Of a stretch of 24,533 nt of DNA, positions 1-8,306 are shown piece by piece; positions within the stretch are counted from its first letter, which is position 1; the number at the start of each line of letters is the position of its first letter. Position numbers and translations under genes: made by a program. Source of the stretch: an uncultured archaeon (GTDB lineage Archaea > Iainarchaeota > Iainarchaeia > Iainarchaeales > CSSED10-239); contig CAZPGO010000033.1 in assembly GCA_964586355.1 (NCBI GenBank), positions 1-24,533 on the forward strand, in the 5' to 3' direction. Under the pieces are notes generated by a model. The model saw only the letters and a program-made list of their open reading frames with translations. It had not been told where the DNA came from and searched no databases.

Positions 1-300
1 TTGTAAAAAATTAGTTTCAATCTTACACCCTAAATAATTTATAAAAAAATTAGAAGAGAGATCTACTGTGTTTTCAACAGCATAAGAAAAAATTAGATCA
101 AAGTATTTAATCCCTTCAATTAGTTGTTTATACTCAGATCTTATTTTTTTAAAACCTTTCTTAAAAGAAAAATTTTTTTTTTTAACTATTATTCTTTTCT
201 GATTTTTAATTAATTCAAAAATATTATTTTTTTGATTAATTATTTTAATACCTTTAAAAAAACCAAGAAACCTACAATAGTTAAAATATACTTTGTGCAT
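1..300 (-). CDS. hypothetical protein, partial (N-terminal 100 codons; ORF runs off the window start)
   Basis: Absent from the ORF track because it has no stop inside the window. ATG at 300..298 (minus) lies 2 nt after the TAA (305..303) of the upstream gene. My translation MHKVYFNYCRFLGFFKGIKIINQKNNIFELIKNQKRIIVKKKNFSF... stays open for 100 codons to position 1, which is unlikely by chance in ~30% GC DNA. No family recognised. Confidence 0.45.
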   Translation of the reverse strand, partial: MHKVYFNYCRFLGFFKGIKIINQKNNIFELIKNQKRIIVKKKNFSFKKGFKKIRSEYKQLIEGIKYFDLIFSYAVENTVDLSSNFFINYLGCKIETNFLQ

Positions 301-302
301 GA

Positions 303-1796
303 TTATTCTCTAATATTAATAGTTATTGTTTTTAGATCCTCTAAGATCTCTTGATTCCCAAAAGGATTTTTGTATCTTACTTTTATGGTACATACCTTTA
401 TAGTTCCTGAGGGATTATCTGTTATCTCTTTGCCTTTAATAATGGCAGGACCTTCAACAAAGTTGTTTCCAATTATTGAAGTGTTATTAAAATTAGGTGG
501 TAGTTCAACCCAATTGTTACAATCAATAGTTCCAGTGGAATTTTCTAAAATAAGTTCTTCTATATACACAGGAACTTTATTTTTATTATCTAGTTTTATA
601 TCTAAAAGCTCTTGACTACTTTCATTACTGTTAGAATCATAGTTTAAAATAATATTTGTTTTTGAAAGACTAACAGAAAATTTATTTTCAGGTTCTCTAA
701 TATTTAAACTAATATTAAAGGTTTTAGGTTCTCTAAAACTATCGCTGTTTAGAATAATCTTACCTGTAATCTCTTCAGTTTTTGCTGAGGTTGGAACAGT
801 TATTCTTATCAATCCATTTGCCACAGTTTTTTTAGGTATGGTAAAATAAAGAGGATTAAAATAAAACCAAGTATTAGCATCAGTGTTTTTTATTGCATTT
901 ATTTCATAAGACACTGTTATTTGAGAGATGTCAACATTATTTTTTTTATTATCTATCTTATAATTAATATTTTTTGTATCTCCAGAAGTCAATTGTTCAG
1001 ACAAACTTAATCCAGAAACACTTATATTAGGTTCTTCAACTATTTTTAAAGAGGCTAATGAATTAGCAGTTCTTGTATCTTTTGATCTATATTTTATTCT
1101 AACACTTAACTTTTGAGTGCTATTTACTTTCTCATCAACAGGAACAGTGAATCTAATATAAAAAACACCACTTCTTTGAGGAGCTAGTTGTTTTTGTGAT
1201 TCGGGGATGGGATCTCCTAAATAATCTACATAGGTATAAGTCTTGTCTTTAAAATTAGCCCAAGAAGAAGCATCTCCACCAAATACCAAATAGTTAAGAT
1301 CATAGCTATCAAAAGAATTTTTATTTTCTAGATTTATTTGACAGGTAATACTTTGTCCAGCATAAACATTTTCAGGACAGGCAAAAGAATTAATTATTAG
1401 ACTAATATTTTTTTCTAATTCTTCAGTAACAGTATTATCTTCACTAAGTTTAATCTCTTTAATATCTGTTTGAATATAATCTGTTGCACTAATCCTATAA
1501 TAGTAAGTGCCTTTTCTAAGTTTTATTTCTTCACCAATCTTAAGATCTATTGTTTTTGATAATGAGGGGTCTTTAGAGAATTTAAGAACTGCATTATTTA
1601 CTGCCCTTCCTTCAGTATCATTAACAGAAAAAGAAATATTTGCTACATTTAGAAAAAAATACCAATAGATCAAAAAACCAATAGCAACAAATATAAGTAA
1701 AGTTATGATCTTCTTAGTTTCTTTTTTTTTAGCACTATAAACTGGGCTAAAATTTGGCCCGTTTGAGAAGGGATCAAAATCTGGCATATTTTTCAC
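303..1796 (-). CDS. membrane-anchored extracellular protein with repeated beta-sandwich (CARDB/NEW3-like) character; hypothetical surface protein
   Basis: 497-aa ORF. It has a short charged N-terminus, one TM helix (IITLLIFVAIGFLIYWYFFL), then a long Ser/Thr/Asn-rich beta-type sequence with many N-x-S/T sequons. A segment such as NVYAGQSITCQINLENKNS resembles CARDB-type domains. The ATGA start/stop overlap with the upstream gene (1793..1796) suggests an operon. Confidence 0.7.
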   Translation of the reverse strand: MKNMPDFDPFSNGPNFSPVYSAKKKETKKIITLLIFVAIGFLIYWYFFLNVANISFSVNDTEGRAVNNAVLKFSKDPSLSKTIDLKIGEEIKLRKGTYYYRISATDYIQTDIKEIKLSEDNTVTEELEKNISLIINSFACPENVYAGQSITCQINLENKNSFDSYDLNYLVFGGDASSWANFKDKTYTYVDYLGDPIPESQKQLAPQRSGVFYIRFTVPVDEKVNSTQKLSVRIKYRSKDTRTANSLASLKIVEEPNISVSGLSLSEQLTSGDTKNINYKIDNKKNNVDISQITVSYEINAIKNTDANTWFYFNPLYFTIPKKTVANGLIRITVPTSAKTEEITGKIILNSDSFREPKTFNISLNIREPENKFSVSLSKTNIILNYDSNSNESSQELLDIKLDNKNKVPVYIEELILENSTGTIDCNNWVELPPNFNNTSIIGNNFVEGPAIIKGKEITDNPSGTIKVCTIKVRYKNPFGNQEILEDLKTITINIRE

Positions 1797-2620
1797 TTAT
1801 TTAATAAATATTTACTTGCAAGTAGTTCTTTTTTTAATTCTTTAACCAACTGCATAGCAATTTTTTCTTTTTGAATACTTTTTGCTTCTAGTTGCATAAT
1901 ATCTTGATTTAGTTGCTTTACTTGGTTGTAAAGGTTATCAAGTTCTCTTTGAATTGCTATGGAGTGAACCTTAAGAACAATAACTTCTTGATTAGAATTT
2001 TTAATCTCTTTTAAAAACTCTTCCTCTAACTCTGAGATCATAATATCTTTTGATTGTTCTTTTGCTTCAATCCAGTTAAGCTCATCAATTTTTTTATTTA
2101 ACTCAATAATTTTTTCATCTTTTTTATCTATTAGTTTTAGAAGCTCATCAACAGATCTTTTTTGATTTGTGATGTTTGAATACTTTATACTAATATTTTT
2201 TTTAATTCTTGCTAAATAGTCTAGTAACAAATTAATTTCGTTTTTAAGATTTTTTTCAATATCAAAATAGATCTCTGGCCTTGTTATTTCTGCTTTGATG
2301 TTTAATAGATCATTATCTACTTGTTTAGTGTTTTCTTCTAAAAAAATCTGTTTTTTTATTTTGTTAATTATTGTTAAAAAATCATTTATGAAAAACTTAA
2401 TCTTTTCAGAATCAATTTCAGAAGAATAAGTTAACAAGGAAGCACTATTTATTGAATTTATTTTTTTAGTAAGCTCCTCAAGACTCTCTTTTAACAAATG
2501 CAATGTTTTTAGACTCTCTACTGGTTTTTGTTTATAGATAGGAATATCAAAATAACCATAAATTGCTTTAGACTTTAATTCTATTTCAGAAATCAGATCA
2601 AGTATGTTTGGTGAATTCAT
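1793..2620 (-). CDS. coiled-coil protein, function unknown
   Basis: 275-aa ORF rich in K/E/L/I/N with heptad-like stretches (ELNKKIDELNWIEAKEQ..., LDNLYNQVKQLNQDIMQLEAKS). It has no TM helix and no catalytic motif. It is the first gene of a minus-strand operon, with a 4-nt overlap to the next gene. Confidence 0.65.
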   Translation of the reverse strand: MNSPNILDLISEIELKSKAIYGYFDIPIYKQKPVESLKTLHLLKESLEELTKKINSINSASLLTYSSEIDSEKIKFFINDFLTIINKIKKQIFLEENTKQVDNDLLNIKAEITRPEIYFDIEKNLKNEINLLLDYLARIKKNISIKYSNITNQKRSVDELLKLIDKKDEKIIELNKKIDELNWIEAKEQSKDIMISELEEEFLKEIKNSNQEVIVLKVHSIAIQRELDNLYNQVKQLNQDIMQLEAKSIQKEKIAMQLVKELKKELLASKYLLNK

Positions 2621-2774
2621 ATTTTTTCTTTTTTTTTATATATTTTATATTAAATAAATACTATAGTTAAATTTAAAGAACCTACATAAAAATATAATAT
2701 AGTAGTTTATTTAAATTTGTCTGATTATTATATATTTATAAGCTATTTATAAAAAAAAGGGGGGTTTTATATAA

Positions 2775-3356
2775 ATGTTAGAAACAATGTTAAATTTAGC
2801 AAAAGCTTTTGTAGGAGAATCACAAGCAAGAATGAGATATACCTATTATGCAAAAGTTGCAAAAAAAGAAGGATATGAAAAAATAAGTGCTGTTTTTGCA
2901 GAAACTTCTGATCAAGAAAAAGAACATGCAAAAATGATTTTTAAGTTATTAAATGGGCTTAAGAAAAAATACAGAAAAAACATTGAATTAATAGTAGAAA
3001 CATCAGTGCCAACAACATATGGAACAACAAAAGAAAATCTAGAATCTGCTATTATGGGAGAACATGAAGAATATTCTCAAATGTATCCAGAATTTGCAAA
3101 AATTGCAAAAAAAGAAGGCTTAAAAGAGATTGCAAAGAGATTAGAAAATATTGCAATTGCTGAAAAACATCATGAAGAGAGATATAAAAAACTAAAAAAA
3201 GAACTAGAGAATAAAACAATATTTAAAAAATCAAAATCAGTAACTTGGGTGTGTAGAAACTGCGGTTATGTTCATACCGGAAAAGAAGCACCAGAAGTTT
3301 GTCCAAGTTGTGATCATCCAAAAGCACATTTTGAAGTAAAGTGCGAAAATTATTAA
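2775..3356 (+). CDS. rbr: rubrerythrin
   Basis: Ferritin-like di-iron domain with two E...ExxH units (GESQARMRYTYYA...DQEKEHAKM; GEHEEY...IAEKHHEERY), plus a C-terminal rubredoxin-like CxxC...CxxC (WVCRNCGYVHTG...CPSCDHP). A G-run (2759..2764) sits 10 nt upstream of the ATG. Confidence 0.93.
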   Translation: MLETMLNLAKAFVGESQARMRYTYYAKVAKKEGYEKISAVFAETSDQEKEHAKMIFKLLNGLKKKYRKNIELIVETSVPTTYGTTKENLESAIMGEHEEYSQMYPEFAKIAKKEGLKEIAKRLENIAIAEKHHEERYKKLKKELENKTIFKKSKSVTWVCRNCGYVHTGKEAPEVCPSCDHPKAHFEVKCENY

Positions 3357-3385
3357 TTTTTTTTAATGGAGGAGGGTGGAGATAT

Positions 3386-3775
3386 ATGACAAAAGTAAAA
3401 GAAATCTACAAATGTAATATTTGTGGAAACACAGTAGAAGTTTTAGTATCTGGGCAAGGAACTTTAGTTTGTTGTGGGCAAGATATGGAGCTTTTAAAAG
3501 AAAATGATTCTGAGTCTAGTAGTGATTTAGATCTTTCTAAAAAGCACACACCCATAATAGAACAGGAACCAAACAAAATAATTGTAAGAGTTGGAGAAAT
3601 AGACCATCCAATGATAAAAGAGCACTACATTAAATGGATAGAAGTAAATATTGATGGATCTATTTTTGTAAAAAAACTAAACCCTGAAGAAAAACCAATA
3701 GCTGAGTTTAAGATGAGTGGAAATAAGATTTCTGCAAGAGCTTATTGTAATATACATGGACTTTGGAAATCATAA
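3386..3775 (+). CDS. dfx: desulfoferrodoxin (2Fe superoxide reductase)
   Basis: N-terminal desulforedoxin motif CNICGN-x15-CC, and neelaredoxin-type centre II ligands (KHTP, HPM..EHYI, CNIHG). I placed the start at ATG 3386, preceded by GGAGGAGGGTGGAG. The ORF-track start at 3341 overlaps rbr and adds non-homologous residues. Confidence 0.9.
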   Translation: MTKVKEIYKCNICGNTVEVLVSGQGTLVCCGQDMELLKENDSESSSDLDLSKKHTPIIEQEPNKIIVRVGEIDHPMIKEHYIKWIEVNIDGSIFVKKLNPEEKPIAEFKMSGNKISARAYCNIHGLWKS

Positions 3776-3806
3776 TTTCCTTTTTTTTTAATAAATTGAA
3801 AAAAAC

Positions 3807-4430
3807 ATGAAACTAATAGATTCTATAAACCATTTAAAGAAAACAGAGATTGCCAAAGAGATCTCAAAAAAAATAACTGAATTTGAAAAGATTGGCAAAA
3901 AGTCTAGTAAAGAGATCTACTTAGAACTTTGTTATTGTTTATTGACTGCTAATTTTAATGCAAAAAAAAGTGTTGAAATACAAAAAAAGATTGGACCTGG
4001 TTTTGCCACTTTTTCTTTAGAGAAACTAAGTTTGAAATTAAAAGAGTGTGGGCATAGGTTTCCTAACACCAGAGCAAATTTCATTTACTTATCTAGAAAA
4101 TATAAAAATAATATTAAAGAAAAACTTCTAGAAAATAAAACAGATCTAGAAAAAAGAGAATGGTTAGTAAAAAAAATAAAAGGGCTTGGTTATAAGGAAG
4201 CTAGCCATTTTTTAAGAAATATTGGCTATAAGGAGTTTGCAATAATTGATTTTCATATAGTAGATATCTTAGTAGAAAATAAATTAATAACAAAACCAAA
4301 AACACTAACAAAAACAAAATATCTAGAAATTGAAAATATATTAAAAAAACTAGGAAAAAAAGTTAATCTAAGTTTAGCAGAGTTAGATCTCTATCTTTGG
4401 TTTTTAGAAACAAAAAATATATATAAATAG
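3807..4430 (+). CDS. ogg: archaeal 8-oxoguanine DNA glycosylase / AP lyase (Ogg2 family, HhH-GPD)
   Basis: The helix-hairpin-helix block IKGLGYKEASHFLRNIGYKEFAIIDFHIVDIL closely matches the conserved Lys/Asp catalytic region of archaeal Ogg (MjOgg-type). The size (~207 aa) is typical. Confidence 0.85.
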   Translation: MKLIDSINHLKKTEIAKEISKKITEFEKIGKKSSKEIYLELCYCLLTANFNAKKSVEIQKKIGPGFATFSLEKLSLKLKECGHRFPNTRANFIYLSRKYKNNIKEKLLENKTDLEKREWLVKKIKGLGYKEASHFLRNIGYKEFAIIDFHIVDILVENKLITKPKTLTKTKYLEIENILKKLGKKVNLSLAELDLYLWFLETKNIYK

Positions 4431-4451
4431 TTTTTTTAAAATTAGAACTAA

Positions 4452-5444
4452 TCATCTTAAAATTTTAATAACATCTAACGCCTTACACTCACAAGCACTA
4501 TTTAGAAGTTGTGAGATTGAGGGTTTAGATCTCTCTTGGTCACTTGAAATAAACTCTTTGATATATAAACCAGAATCAGCAATTACTTCTAAATAAAAAG
4601 AATGATCATCTTTTTTTTCAACAGAAATTACATTTGCTTTTCTTTCTCTTACTAGGTTAGCTCTTCTTTTTGAAACTCTTTTTGGGGTTTCTTGTTTTAT
4701 ATCATATTCTTTAACTAAAAAAGTAATATCTCCTAAAGGCTCTTTAGAAAAAATTAATGCCCTATACATTTTAGATCTTCTAGAATTTTTAACAGAATCT
4801 ATATCATTTTCTGTTGCTGTTTTTAGAAAAGACACATTAACATCTTTATTTTCATTAATGTTTTTTTCAAGTATTTTATATTTGTCTTCTGTTAAAGATC
4901 TAAACATAGGATCAAAAAGCTCAACTAAAAACTCTCTTCCGTTCCCTAGCATTCTTACATTAATGTCTTCTCTTCCATTTCCTATAAAATTACTTTTTTC
5001 TGCACAAAACTCTTTTTCTAGATGTGGGCAAATAATTTCCTGAACAGAAGAATCTTCTAATCTTCCTGTGTTCTTACAAAAATCACACCCTCTTCCATAA
5101 CATTTATAGCAATAGTGTATTGTTTGTGGAAGCTCTCTTGAAAATTTATTATAAACCCCATATACAAATACAGATCTTATCTCAAAATTAATTAGATCTT
5201 TTTTAAAATCAATAACAACAGTACACTCCGGTTTTTCTTTATCTATTTTAAAATCCTTAGAGATCTTGTCTAAAAGCTTTTGTTGGAAACTAATTTTATA
5301 TTCTTCTCTATCTATGTTCTCTGGAAAAGAACAACCAAGATTAAAGGAAGATATGTGATGTTCTTCTAACATTGGTTTTATGTAATTATAAAATATATCA
5401 GTATCATAACCTGTTTTATTAAGGTTAAAAGAAATGGTTTTCAT
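4452..5444 (-). CDS. pus10: tRNA pseudouridine synthase Pus10 (psi54/psi55)
   Basis: Zn-ribbon CYKCYGRGCDFCKNTG followed by the Pus10 catalytic block GREDINVRMLGNGREFLVEL and C-terminal GLYIKEFISSD. At 330 aa it is shorter than the characterised archaeal Pus10 proteins I recall (~390-440 aa). Confidence 0.85.
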   Translation of the reverse strand: MKTISFNLNKTGYDTDIFYNYIKPMLEEHHISSFNLGCSFPENIDREEYKISFQQKLLDKISKDFKIDKEKPECTVVIDFKKDLINFEIRSVFVYGVYNKFSRELPQTIHYCYKCYGRGCDFCKNTGRLEDSSVQEIICPHLEKEFCAEKSNFIGNGREDINVRMLGNGREFLVELFDPMFRSLTEDKYKILEKNINENKDVNVSFLKTATENDIDSVKNSRRSKMYRALIFSKEPLGDITFLVKEYDIKQETPKRVSKRRANLVRERKANVISVEKKDDHSFYLEVIADSGLYIKEFISSDQERSKPSISQLLNSACECKALDVIKILR

Positions 5445-5470
5445 AAATATTCAAAATTTCTAGAATAAAA

Positions 5471-5552
5471 TGCAGAGGGCAGGATTCGAACCTGCGAAGC
5501 ACTAAGCACTGCGTCCTAAGCGCAGCCCCTTTGACCGCTCGGGAACCCCTGC
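5471..5552 (-). tRNA. tRNA-Leu (anticodon UAG), class II with long variable region
   Basis: GC-rich island. The reverse complement folds as acceptor GCAGGGG/CCTCTGC, anticodon stem CTGCG/CGCAG with loop CTTAGGA (anticodon TAG, G37), T arm GCAGG-TTCGAAT-CCTGC and discriminator A. It has a 13-nt variable region. No encoded CCA and no intron. Confidence 0.9.
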
Positions 5553-5665
5553 AAAGATTTATCAAAAAAATCAGTTTTTTTAATGCTTTGTGTTCTTATA
5601 TATTTATAATAAATAATATTTATTAATAAATGTTTTTAAATAAGACATATTAAAAAAGAAAAAAT

Positions 5666-7174
5666 ATGAAAAAAATAGAAGCTTTTTATGATTTTTGTTC
5701 AAGCAGATCACTCTTCTTTCCATCTGCTGAGATATATGCAAACTCTTTTGCTGGGTTTTATGAGTATGGACCAATAGGTAATTTAATTAGAGTTAATATA
5801 ATTAATTTCTGGAGAGAAGAATTTGTAAAAAAAAACAACTTTTTAGAAATCTCAGGATCCATTATTTTACCAAAAGAAGTTTTTGAAGCCTCTGGACATT
5901 TAGGAAACTTTGATGACCCTATTGTTACTTGTTTAAAATGTAGACAGACCTATAAACTAGACAAACTAATCTCAAGTCTAACAAAAAAAGAGGTCCCTGA
6001 AAAGCTAACAAATGAAGAATATCAAGAGCTAATTAATACTAATAATATTGCTTGCCCTAGCTGTAAAGGAAAATTAGGAGAAATAAATAGATTTAATCTT
6101 ATGTCCTCTATTAATGTTGGCGCACAATCAGGAAATCTTGGTTATCTTAGAGGAGAAACCTGTCAATCAATTTTTTTAGATTTTTTAAGAATATATAAAA
6201 CATCTAGAAAAGAGTTGCCAATAACAATCTCTCAACACGGAAAAGTATATAGAAACGAGATAGCTCCAAGAAACGGGCTTTTGAGATGCAGAGAGTTTGA
6301 GCAATTGGAAACAGAGTTGTTTTTTGATGGGGATAAGATAGATCAAACACCAATTGATCTAGAAACAATAAAAGATTATAAGATAAGATTGTATTTATTA
6401 AAAGATGGTGTTGAAAAAGAATATAGTATTTCAGAAATTGTTGACTTCAAAATAGCTGTAGGAAAAATAATTGCCTATTATCTTTATTTAACACAGAAGT
6501 TTTTAGAAGAAATTGGAATTAAAAAAGAAAATTTAAGATATAGAGAAGTTCCAGAAAATGATAAAGCCTTTTATTCAAAACAAACTTTTGATTTAGAAGT
6601 TTTGTTTAATGAAGAGTGGATAGAGTTGTTTTCAGTAAACTACAGATCCGATCATGATCTCAAAAGCCATTCTTTAGGTTCAAAAAAAGAGCTTTTTGTC
6701 TCAGAGAATGGAAAAAAGATAATACCACATGTTTTAGAAGTTTGTTCAATTGGTCTTGATAGATTGTTTTTGGTTTTGTTAGGAAATTCTTTTTTTGTAA
6801 AGAAAGTAAATGATGAAGAAAGAAATGTTTTGTTATTAAAACCAAAGATCTCTCCTTACTTTTGTTCAATTTTACCATTAATGAAAAAAGATGGTTTGTT
6901 AGAAAAAGGGCTAGAAATATTCAATACTCTTAAAGAAAATAATCCAAAATATGATTTGTTCTTTGATGAAAAAGGCTCTATTGGTAAAAGATACGCTAGG
7001 CTTGATGAGGTGGGGTGTAATTATTGTGTTACGGTTGATCATCAAACATTAGAAGACGATACTGTGACTTTGAGAGATAGAGATAGTTTTGATCAAAAAA
7101 GAGTAGGTATTAAAGATCTTTTTGATATTTTGAATAAATTATATCTAGAAAAAATAAAATTTATTGATTTGTAA
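5666..7174 (+). CDS. glyS: glycine--tRNA ligase (class II, archaeal/eukaryal alpha2 type)
   Basis: The N-terminal block FFPSAEIYANSFAGFYEYGPIGNLIRVNIINFWREEFV is diagnostic of alpha2 GlyRS. Also present are a Zn-ribbon insertion CLKC...CPSC, motif 2-like YRNEIAPRNGLLRCREFEQLE, and a C-terminal anticodon-binding region (GKRYARLDEVGCNYCVTVD). Confidence 0.93.
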   Translation: MKKIEAFYDFCSSRSLFFPSAEIYANSFAGFYEYGPIGNLIRVNIINFWREEFVKKNNFLEISGSIILPKEVFEASGHLGNFDDPIVTCLKCRQTYKLDKLISSLTKKEVPEKLTNEEYQELINTNNIACPSCKGKLGEINRFNLMSSINVGAQSGNLGYLRGETCQSIFLDFLRIYKTSRKELPITISQHGKVYRNEIAPRNGLLRCREFEQLETELFFDGDKIDQTPIDLETIKDYKIRLYLLKDGVEKEYSISEIVDFKIAVGKIIAYYLYLTQKFLEEIGIKKENLRYREVPENDKAFYSKQTFDLEVLFNEEWIELFSVNYRSDHDLKSHSLGSKKELFVSENGKKIIPHVLEVCSIGLDRLFLVLLGNSFFVKKVNDEERNVLLLKPKISPYFCSILPLMKKDGLLEKGLEIFNTLKENNPKYDLFFDEKGSIGKRYARLDEVGCNYCVTVDHQTLEDDTVTLRDRDSFDQKRVGIKDLFDILNKLYLEKIKFIDL

Positions 7175-7230
7175 AAAGAAAAGCGAAAAAATAAAATTTG
7201 AAGATTTATAAAAAAGAAGTGAATAAAAAA

Positions 7231-7629
7231 ATGGAAGAATGTGTTTTTTGTAAAATCATAAATGGAGAAATTCCTTGTCATAAGATCTATGAAGATGAAT
7301 ATGTTTTGGCATTTTTAGATATTAATCCAATAGTAAATGGGCATACATTAGTTATTCCAAAAAAACATTTTGTAAATATTTTTGATGTTGATGATTTTTA
7401 TTTAGAGAAAATAACAAAAGCTCTTAAAAAAATATCTTTGCACTATAAAACAATGTTTGATGGGGTAAATATCTTAAATGCTAGTGATAAATCAGCTCAG
7501 CAATCAGTATTTCATTTACACTTTCATATAATTCCAAGAACAAAGGAAGATAATAAAGATCTTTGGCCATATAAAGAGGTAGAAAATAAAACAGATCTAG
7601 AAGTCATGGCTGAAAAACTAAAGTTATGA
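7231..7629 (+). CDS. HIT-family (histidine triad) nucleotide hydrolase/transferase
   Basis: CVFCKIINGEIP...LAFLDINPIVNGHTLVIPKKH plus the triad HLHFHIIPR. I chose the start at ATG 7231 (MEECVFCKI), not the longer track start at 7198. Confidence 0.88.
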   Translation: MEECVFCKIINGEIPCHKIYEDEYVLAFLDINPIVNGHTLVIPKKHFVNIFDVDDFYLEKITKALKKISLHYKTMFDGVNILNASDKSAQQSVFHLHFHIIPRTKEDNKDLWPYKEVENKTDLEVMAEKLKL

Positions 7630-7669
7630 TATTACATTAAATCTTGGACAGAATGCTTTTGTTTTTTTT

Positions 7670-7745
7670 GCCAATGTAGCTCAGCCAGGTTTAGAGCATT
7701 TGCCTCGTAAGCAAAAGGTCGAGGGTTCAAATCCCTCTATTGGCT
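7670..7745 (+). tRNA. tRNA-Thr (anticodon CGU)
   Basis: Cloverleaf read by eye: acceptor GCCAATG/TATTGGC, D arm GCTC...GAGC, anticodon stem TTTGC/GCAAA with loop CTCGTAA, T arm GAGGG-TTCAAAT-CCCTC, discriminator T. 76 nt, no CCA, no intron. Confidence 0.92.
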
Positions 7746-7789
7746 TTTTAGATGTGTTTTTTAAAAAAATATTGGATAATTAAAATATT

Positions 7790-8305
7790 ATGATAAACAG
7801 AATGCGCCCTATAAAGGCAAAAAAATCAAAAAAGAGATTATTTGTAGATATTAATAATTACACAAAAAAGAGTTTTAATCATCAAGGAATTCTAGAAACC
7901 CCAGCATCTTTTATGTCTTTTTTTAATGGTGCTGTTCAGGAGGTTTATTCTGATTTACTTAGACCATTTAAGCAAAAAAAATATGATGAGATTAAAGAAA
8001 CAAAAAATAAAGAACAAAAGAAAGAAATAAAGACCCAAGCAAAAAACAATTATGAAAGGTTATGTGATTTTAAGAAAAAATTAGTTTATCTTTTAGATAA
8101 GATAAAAAAATTAATTTCTGAGCTTAGGCAATATTTAATAAATCAAAGAAAAGATCTTAACCAAAACGAGATCAAAGAAATAGAAGAAGAGATAAAGGAG
8201 TGGGAGTTTGTTGCTGATAATGTTTTAAGCACATTTATTAATTTCATAACAAATACTATTGAAAAGTTTATAGCTCCAAAAATAAAAAAAATTGAAGGTG
8301 AATAA
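7790..8305 (+). CDS. hypothetical Lys/Glu-rich protein with predicted coiled coil
   Basis: 171-aa ORF with an ATG start. Its stop lies 1 nt before the start of the downstream cyclophilin gene, so the two are likely co-transcribed. No family recognised. Confidence 0.5.
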   Translation: MINRMRPIKAKKSKKRLFVDINNYTKKSFNHQGILETPASFMSFFNGAVQEVYSDLLRPFKQKKYDEIKETKNKEQKKEIKTQAKNNYERLCDFKKKLVYLLDKIKKLISELRQYLINQRKDLNQNEIKEIEEEIKEWEFVADNVLSTFINFITNTIEKFIAPKIKKIEGE

Positions 8306-8306
8306 T

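Noticed and set aside
370-615. 81-aa + strand ORF from the track
   Set aside because: It lies entirely antisense within the 497-aa surface-protein gene. The sequence is low-complexity and hydrophobic, typical of a shadow ORF in AT-rich DNA. No SD-like motif or family resemblance.
4858-5043. 61-aa + strand ORF inside pus10
   Set aside because: It is antisense to a confidently identified Pus10 CDS, so it is a shadow ORF.
6660-7281. Two minus-strand ORFs (6660..6878 and 7093..7281) overlapping glyS and the HIT gene
   Set aside because: Both lie antisense to well-supported conserved genes. The translations are Leu/Phe/Lys-rich with no motifs.
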